A DNA stretch of 63,920 bases, counting the filler, from Licmophora abbreviata (Eukaryota), in assembly GCA_900291995.1 (NCBI GenBank). It is 12 parts of 12 records of this genome, joined end to end, with 100 filler letters (N's around TTAATTAATTAA, not from the genome) between each part and the next. Parts side by side here need not be neighbours in the genome. Positions count along the whole stretch, not along the records: positions 54,731 to 59,614 come from OLMU01002574.1; positions 59,715 to 63,920 come from OLMU01002575.1; 10 more parts are not named here. One strand, given 5' to 3'. The notes under the pieces were generated by a model. The model saw nothing but the letters and a program-made list of their open reading frames with translations, searched no databases and had not been told where the DNA came from. The position numbers were made by a program, and so were the translations under genes. Within the stretch, counting starts at the first letter, position 1. Each line of letters starts with the position of its first letter. Positions 56,468 through 63,920 of this stretch are shown here, one piece after another.

Positions 56468-57778
56468 CTAGCGCGATTGTCGTCTCGTTTCTTGTTGACG
56501 TTTCCGCTTTTCAAGTCTCCGAATGAGAGCTTCTTTGCCACCACCTTTCTCTTCCCAGTAACGCACAACCTTTTCTCCTACAACTTCCCCGGACTGCGTG
56601 TCCCAAAGCAACTGGAAATCGATGTCAGGGGCGACCATTCGCATTTCACGTTCGCGCGGCTTGCCCAAGGGGTTGTGGACATACCGTACTCCATCAAAAT
56701 AAAAATCCTTTGGGCGATGAGAGTGACCAAATACATGAAGGATCTTTCGCTGCTCCTGTGGTGGTGATAGCATCAACGATCGAATCTGAGAGTCTAGCGT
56801 CTCAGATCCGGCCACCTTTGCAAATTTGGCTGATATGTTCGCCGCCCCGTGATCTAGCCACTCGTCTCGCAGAAATGTGGGCGAGTCCAAGTCTTTCCAG
56901 TCAGGAAGGCACTGCTTGTTGGGAAGAAAATGGGAAATCGTCATGACAGCTGTGTTGTCATCCTGAAGTCGTATTGCTTCCAACGATGGCTCGTTCGATG
57001 CGATAAAGTAATCATGGAGGCCCACAGGAATGCGAGCATTCAAGTCGTCTCGAGGACGAGCTGGGAATTCTGTTGGCCATCGACATCGCAGAAAGTCCGT
57101 CCAGGGCCATCGTCCAAAATCGCCACACAAGTCATCGCACCCTTCAAGACTGAGCGAGCCGTCGTACCAGGACTGCAGAGGTGCTAGCCAGATGGGATGT
57201 GGAGCGCCGGGGGCAACCAAGCGAGTCTGCGTGTACACCCCCATATCTTCACACGCCTGAAAGACCATATCCAACTTGTCCAGCGATGTCCGGGACACTG
57301 TAGGCTGACTTCGACGGCGGCGCCTTGCCAACCAAGCTTCGTGATTCCCTGGAACAAAGAACAAGTGACACCCGAGGGACTGTAGTATACGGAGCGTCTT
57401 CCGGAATGTATGCATGTCGTGTGATATATCTCCGGCGACAATAAGCACGTCGTCTTTGGTAGGAGCTGAGGTGGATGGACAGTTTTGACACTGTTCTTCG
57501 AGCCAAGCGACGTTGTCGGCATTGTCCGTGTGAAGATCGGATATGCAGAATACCCGCCGTACATTCTGTAGACTGGACTCGGCGTCGGACTGCTGCTGTG
57601 CCGAGGTAGTGAGTTGGCAGCGCGTCCATCCTGCACTTCGCAGAGTCTGTCTGCTTGTGGAAATGGCGACGACCATCGGAACTTCTCGTTGCAGAGCATG
57701 TACAAGGAGCAGAAGGGAGGACGTCGTCATCCATCGTTTTCTCATTCTTGGACGTTTTCTCTTCGACTCTATGGTCAT
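56468..57778 (-). CDS. Calcineurin-like metallophosphoesterase
   Basis: ISDLHTD, VAGDISH, VPGNHE, SHFLP, VFGHSH. Confidence 0.88.
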   Translation of the reverse strand: MTIESKRKRPRMRKRWMTTSSLLLLVHALQREVPMVVAISTSRQTLRSAGWTRCQLTTSAQQQSDAESSLQNVRRVFCISDLHTDNADNVAWLEEQCQNCPSTSAPTKDDVLIVAGDISHDMHTFRKTLRILQSLGCHLFFVPGNHEAWLARRRRRSQPTVSRTSLDKLDMVFQACEDMGVYTQTRLVAPGAPHPIWLAPLQSWYDGSLSLEGCDDLCGDFGRWPWTDFLRCRWPTEFPARPRDDLNARIPVGLHDYFIASNEPSLEAIRLQDDNTAVMTISHFLPNKQCLPDWKDLDSPTFLRDEWLDHGAANISAKFAKVAGSETLDSQIRSLMLSPPQEQRKILHVFGHSHRPKDFYFDGVRYVHNPLGKPREREMRMVAPDIDFQLLWDTQSGEVVGEKVVRYWEEKGGGKEALIRRLEKRKRQQETRRQSR

Positions 57779-58266
57779 TCTTTCGAGAGCAGGCTATACG
57801 TCTCGAGGGAGATTCACTACCGCTCTTTGATCGCCAAAAGATTCGAAGCAGACACACCAGCGACGACAATTGACGATTCTGGTTTGGCGTCACCATCGTC
57901 ATCCCCGGCGACGAGCGTCCTGGATTTTTGTCTTGCGACGTAATGATGACATGTCTTGCGAACTCCACCTCTTTTGGTCGTCAATCCACAGACGATTGTG
58001 ATTTGATTCGATTCACCATGGCGGCGGCAAGCGGCGGCCGTCGGGGACGAGGCTTTGTTTTAATGCTGCCGAAACACTGCTCCTCCGAATTAAAATGGAA
58101 TATAGGTGGGGGGAGAGAAGGACGATCACAGAAAGCGGCGATTCCGCAAAGAAATAACGAGCAAACGCTGACTCCTCGTTTCATCGTACTGCGGTGCGAA
58201 CGCCCTGGAGTCTGTTGGAGGGGGCTACACCCAATTCTGTTCCACTCTACCGAACGGGTCGCGTTC

Positions 58267-58911
58267 ATGGCAATAATGATACTTACAAGAATATCTGGGG
58301 TTGCCACTATACACTCGAGTGTCGACATGGAGTGTAGCACGTGGGCGGCGATTCTGCAGGGCAATCAACCTCATCCTCCCTGTGGGACCCATCACCGACG
58401 ACGAATCACGTCTCAACTCGGCCATCCCTTGCTCTTGTACATTCACCCACCTACCATTTCACATTTAGACTATTATTTTTGCTCTCGCTTGCTTCGGTTG
58501 GAACATCTTTGGCTACAACTCCAGTCTCTGTCAGCTTGGATCGCGACACTCGGTGGTGGCTACTTTCTCTGTCGCCGACTCTCCACAGCAGTGCGTTTGG
58601 CCAGACAACAGCGTTCTCTTGCGTTGTTCATGAATGATATACCCACTGCCGATCGATGCGCGCTCAATGAAGCCTACAATTATATTCACGCGGGACTCTT
58701 TGCTATTGCGCTCACTATGATTCGGTCGGTTCAAGCATCGGGCAAGGCTCGAAAGGACTCTGTCTTGCTAAGGATGTGTCGGAGTGCCATGCTCTTTAGA
58801 AAAAGAGTAAAGAAGGCAGGGAAGAAAGCCGAGCTGACTGCAGAGACTAGCGAAGGTACAGGCTTCACTGCAGTCGTCGACGACTTTCAGCGCATTCGAA
58901 TCGTACAGTGA
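58267..58911 (+). CDS. DUF4807-like conserved hypothetical protein (start uncertain)
   Basis: WIATLGGGY..C...A..LA.QQ..LA...D......C....AY..I..G pattern. Confidence 0.55.
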   Translation: MAIMILTRISGVATIHSSVDMECSTWAAILQGNQPHPPCGTHHRRRITSQLGHPLLLYIHPPTISHLDYYFCSRLLRLEHLWLQLQSLSAWIATLGGGYFLCRRLSTAVRLARQQRSLALFMNDIPTADRCALNEAYNYIHAGLFAIALTMIRSVQASGKARKDSVLLRMCRSAMLFRKRVKKAGKKAELTAETSEGTGFTAVVDDFQRIRIVQ

Positions 58912-58971
58912 TAATACTATAGAACTTCATAGACTTTACTGTTAGCCGATGTAAGCGCAATCTACCAGCTG

Positions 58972-61311
58972 CTATGGTGACTTCTTCGTGTTACTCGTCG
59001 CCGCCGAAGAAGGTAGACTGCTCTTCGGGGTCGGTGATTTGCCTTTCTTACTAGTTGCGTCAGACAAGTTGTCAATTTCCCCACTCTTGACAATCTCTTG
59101 CAGTAGCGACTTTGTCTCTGCCACCAACCGCTGTCGATCTGTCTTTTTCATTTCGGCACTAGCAGCGAGGTACGCCTCCTTGGCCGCCAGTTGCCGTTCT
59201 ACTTGCGCCAGATTGTCTCGCATCTTGTTAAGGTGTTCCTTGGCGCGATCGTTGAACTTGAACATGCCAAAGAACAAATCGAACGAGTCCACTGAAGTCA
59301 TATCAGCCACATCGCAGAGCGCAGCGAACTCTTTGGAGGCGACGGGCGTGGGCGGCAGCAGTTGTCGGTCAAGTAGTCGTCCGACTAGATGTGTGACGAA
59401 CTCGGCGTCAGCTGTAGACTCGTCGTGCTGCTCTGCAGTCATCTCTACCATTTGGCAGCGTGCGTCTTCAAAGATGGCGAGGAAGGCCTCGCACCGTCGC
59501 ATATTGGAGATTCGCGCCTTTTCAAAGACGAACGGCCGACCATCCCATGCGGGTGCCGTGTAAGGGTCGTCCCGGGCGCTGGGCCCAAACATCGGGTGAG
59601 ACGAGAGAACATCANNNNNNNNNNNNNNNNNNNNNNNNNNNNNNNNNNNNNNNNNNNNTTAATTAATTAANNNNNNNNNNNNNNNNNNNNNNNNNNNNNN
59701 NNNNNNNNNNNNNNGAGCTTGCCACGAAGTCGATCTGTCGGAAGCGACAAGACTATATCTTCAAACTCAATCATATTCACGGCGAGTACAAGCACATCCA
59801 CTTCCGACAGGAAATTAGACATTTCAAAGTTGGGATAGTATTGCACCCCGAGTTTCTGTGCTTCCTTGGACTGTGCAGAATGAAGCAATCACCGGTCAGC
59901 ATCAAATATTGGAGCGATCTCAGAGTCGCAGTCGATCACACTCACCATGTCGTGTTGATCTATGCACGACACGCGATTCTTCTTCGCCATTGTTCGTGCA
60001 AGGAATTGTCCGAGCTCACCAAAGCCTATAATTCCGATGTTGAGAGGCTGAGTCTCCTCAGAATCGCTAGGGAGGGTCGCGAGGCTCACTTCTGATGGGT
60101 CCACATCCATGTTCTTTAACATTTCGACCTCCAAGGAAACCGGGCCGACCAAACGGGACTTCTGCGGGTACGAACCGAGGATTCGACAGTAGTCGGCTTG
60201 CTCCCGCAAATGAGCCAGCTACAACGTATGGGAGCGATTGGAGGTAAGCAACACATCCAGTGCTTGTGCTGTGGTCGTTCCATCACCATTTATCTGTCCC
60301 ACTTACCGCATTCTGTGCATTTTCGTCAAGCTCGCTTTCGAGGAAGTCCAAGTAGAAGCAGTATCTGAAACGTGGTAGATCAGCTTTGTTGCGGGCTCGT
60401 CGACCCTTTTGCTGACTGCGAAACTTGAGAAAATTCAGCAGGGACGCCGACGTTGGTCGGCTTTCAATCTTGGAGAAGTCAATATCACGAAGTGAGAAGC
60501 AAGCTAGCGCCTTGTACAGCGCGCCGCTGGTATTCGGCAGAGTAAACACAACCGACGTCTTAGCGGGAACCTGCTTGTTAAGGTATTGAGAGACCCCCTT
60601 CCGAGCCAAGAGCAGAAATCGAGTAAAGTTCGTATCGTCGTCTTCGATGCCTTTGTCCAAGCAATGAAGCTTGTAAGTTCTTCCTGCCAAGTCTGACGCG
60701 ATCGCAGCTGTGTTCTCAGGGGTACAGTCGTTCGGAAGTTTGCTCCCTTCAGAGATCATCTTGGCGCTACCGGCAGTGTCATACGTAGGTACTGGTGTGA
60801 TCCCCAGACCCCGAAGAAAGTTGTCACATTGAGCTAATGCCTGTGGGTGCGATATCGCGTATTTGACATCCTCTCGCTTTACCCCCTGTTTCGCCAGGAG
60901 ACAGTGATGCACCCGAAACTCGTGCTCTCCCACAATGGTCAGGTCGTATCGCAGCATCAGGTCATAGTTCTCATGGATTGATCCGCCCAGTGAGTTTTCG
61001 ACGGGAAGACATGCATAATCGCATTCCATGGAAGCCACCGCTCGGAAACACGCCTCAAAGTTCGGCCTACCGATAGCGGTAACTTTGGATCCAAGCATCT
61101 CTCGGGTCGCCTTTTCCGAATACGCTCCTGGTTCACCTTGATAGGCCACGCGTATGGGCGTGCTGCTTGCAGTCGATGAAGATCCGCCCACTAGCCCAAG
61201 CTTATTCTGATCAGTTCCGAAGAGGCTTGTGTATTTAGCGGACGACGCGGACGAGACAATGGCCATCAACAGCGACGCCATCACCGCGACGCGACTCTGG
61301 CTAGTTTTCAT
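58972..61311 (-). CDS. Bifunctional arogenate/prephenate dehydratase (PDT+ACT) - arogenate/prephenate dehydrogenase, multi-exon, spans a gap
   Basis: VAYQGEPGAYSE, PVENSLGGS, SHPQALAQC, NFTRF, SKIESRP, LGSYP, then IGIIGFGELGQF, SHPMFGP, HDE..A..EFVTH..GR, DSFDLF.G.F. Confidence 0.9.
59615..59714. other. Assembly spacer inside the dehydrogenase domain
   Basis: N44-TTAATTAATTAA-N44. Confidence 0.98.
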
Positions 61312-61896
61312 GGTGATCGTACTTCTCGATTTTCTCACAAGGTTCTCAAACCCGTACCGTTTGCAATTTAGCAACGTTCTGTCGTGAAAGATTTGGATGG
61401 CAGCAACAGTGGCAGATCTGCATCAACCTGCATCCCAAGCATGACTGATGGATGAATTTGATGAGTTGTGACTGTCGACGCGTGGATCCCATCGCGTAAA
61501 AACGCAGAGTGCGCGGCGGTACGCCGACGCGCCACACACCTCATCGACGCACCGCGCCAGACCTTCTGTCTGTTTGAGTTTGAGCCTACGATACGATAGG
61601 GTATCTATCTAGCTTTGCTCTATCATGCTAATACAGTTCGCACGTCCCCCGTTATCTGTCCCGATATTAGGTAGCGTTCCGTGGCAATATGTTGCCCGCT
61701 TGCAAAGCACGCTCTCTAGACTACATCACGATATCAGAAACGACTGGTGGTAGCCTCGGCGTCGCTTCGCTATCGACGCCGACTTGACTCTAGAGAGATG
61801 ATACGGCCCGCGAAAGAACATTCGTAATAAATCATGTAAGTTAACTCTTCATTGAATGACTCATGTACAGTGTGTATCCTCTCCACTTCTAGAGGC

Positions 61897-63468
61897 TTAG
61901 AGCAGCTCCACGTAATTGGCCCGGGGCGCAGGATTCTTCTCGTCGCCAAGAGCTTCCTTCTGCATACTCGATATGTGCTCATTCCCGGAAAGCGCCGGGA
62001 GGGTCTCCGGCATGCAGAGAAGATACATGACCGCAGGAAGAAGTGCCATGAACATAAGAATGAAGAATGCCTGCTGGTAGCCCAAGTCTTGCGCAAGGGC
62101 TTGTCCGAGATAGCCCGAAACGGTGCCACCAATCGACATAGCTGCCGTCGTAAGTCCTAACGTCAGGCTGAAACGACCAGTCCCTCCACTGATATCACTC
62201 GTCACGAGAATGTACATGGTACCAAAGATTCCTGCACCAACACCGTCCAGTATTTGCGTCGAGAGAATCAAGAGTTGCAGCAATCCCGACGCGTGTTCGT
62301 CCCCGCGAATGTTCAAGAGTCCCCACAAGATGAAACATCGAATCGGGACACTAAACAGGCCAATAAGAAAGAGAACTTTGCGACCATACTTACCAGAGTA
62401 TTCTCCGCAGACTTTTGCGCTGAGAACCATAAAGACTTGGGCGACAATTATGCAAAAGCCCGACATGAGGAGACCACCGCCGCCATTTCCAATGGCGAGG
62501 CTCTGCATGACCAACGGAAGGACGGTGCCGTTGGCAGTATGGAACAAGAAGACAATCAGAATGAACGTCAACAGAATGGGATCACGCAAGACCTGCAGTG
62601 GTGTCTCCGCGTGGACTCCGTCGTGTGCCGGTTGCTCTGTCAAGGAATAATTGGGCGATGTGGCGGTACTGGGAGCCGGGCCGGTTTGGCTGACAGCGGC
62701 AGCGGCTGGAGCATCTTCATGTCTCGCTTCCATTGTGAGACCACGGGCCGCGTCGTGATCAATGTCTTCCGGTCGAATCTGAGCCAGAAACCATAAAACG
62801 CCAGCACAGGCAATCGGACTGACAATGAAGAGCGTCCCAATGTTCGGGTACAAGAAGTAGGCGATCAGCGAGCCACTCAAGACGATAATAGCAGTACCGA
62901 GATGGTTCATCATCTCATTCATGGATACCTGCTCCGTCATTCCGACCGATCCGACGATACCCTGCGTGATACTGTTGAGGCCTGGCGGAATCAGCGACGT
63001 GACTGCTCCCTGAAGGAACTTGACAAAGACCATGAGCTCAAGATTCCCTCCAGCATCTTGTGCGAATACAGCGGTAAAAATAGTAAGCAGGGTGGTGGCC
63101 ACAGCCGCGAGTGAAAGCAATAGAACCTTGCGATCACTATAGTCCATAAGGTACCCTGCTGGAGTTTGGAATAGGAACTGGCTCATTCCAAAAACAAAGA
63201 ACATGACGCCGGCCTGTTTTTCTGAGTAGCTCTTGGAAATGATCAGGAAAGCGTTCTGCATATTAATCTATGGACGAGGTTCGTAACAAAGCAGAGTTTG
63301 TGTGAGTCGGGCACTCAGATGCTTCCAATTCATCGTCGAAGTGAGAGCAAGAGTTAGACTCACCATTGTGAGACCGTCTCGTAGCTCTCCCAGAAAGAGT
63401 GCCGCCCAGCGAAGCACACCGCGAGCGTCGCTCGACTTTGTCGGACGAAGAAAGTCAGTCAGTGACAT
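61897..63468 (-). CDS. MFS transporter, 2 exons
   Basis: FLGELRDGL, QTPAGYLMD..RK, NHLG, FLFH.AN..VLP, GRK.LFLIG...VPIR, QILDGVGAGIFG, GTGRF; 12-TM pattern. Confidence 0.9.
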
Positions 63469-63920
63469 CCTGCTTTGCAAACTAAAATCTGGAGGACGAG
63501 GAAGATCAAGCGACTGTGTAGGCACAATGGGATTACTATACGAGCAATACTGTCACGCCGACGGGGCGATGTGGTCAAAAAATGTGGCGATCGAGCGAGA
63601 GACTATCGGCATCATCATTGGCGCGCGAGATCTCGATTGTGAGACCGACGCGCTTGGAATATCCGTTGAGATCACTACTAATTATTGGAAAATATATATA
63701 TTGCATACGGGTATTCGATATCGCCGAACTCATCCCACTGAGTCGAGTCGAGGGAGTCAACGGAAAAAACAAAAGAAAAATCTTTCACCAAAAATTGCCT
63801 CCCTTCAATAACACTTCACACTCACGAGGATGAGGCGGCTTCATCACAATGGAGAACATTGAACCTGCTGGTGAAGCTCCACTGATATCTTATTGCTTCG
63901 CTTTACATTGGAACCTGTAC

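Overview
Gene-dense eukaryotic nuclear DNA, almost certainly from a diatom. Evidence: short GT-AG introns, several bipartite signal-peptide + ASAFAP-type plastid presequences, and a diatom-type cyclin. It is a scaffold with eleven artificial 100-bp spacers (N44-TTAATTAATTAA-N44); several genes continue across them, so the contig order looks real. About 36 protein-coding loci are recognisable, mostly housekeeping: NOM1, TRM10, RFC2, PIG-Q, two cyclins, glyoxalase II, DTWD1, SSB, NF-YC, calreticulin, RPL23, PTOX, an asteroid-like nuclease, two glucose-6-phosphate isomerases, MATE, Nudix, DNMT2, RibD-C and MFS. Two genes missing from the ORF track were read by hand: a plastid YbaB/EbfC protein at 1-492 (-) and the C-terminus of the cytochrome bc1 Rieske protein at 54500-54630 (-). 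The most unusual items are: (1) a duplicated pair of secreted proteins fusing Cys-capped GGAI/FxxN beta-helix-like modules to a PhoX/DUF839 phosphatase domain, flanking an SSB gene; (2) an arogenate dehydratase-arogenate dehydrogenase fusion; (3) two different GPI types 2 kb apart; (4) a bacterial-like HRREG-motif orphan; (5) an INSIG-like/DnaJ-zinc-finger plastid protein; (6) an RRM pseudogene. No rRNA, tRNA, CRISPR array or transposon was recognised. All family calls come from motif recognition by eye, not database searches, and exon boundaries are manual.
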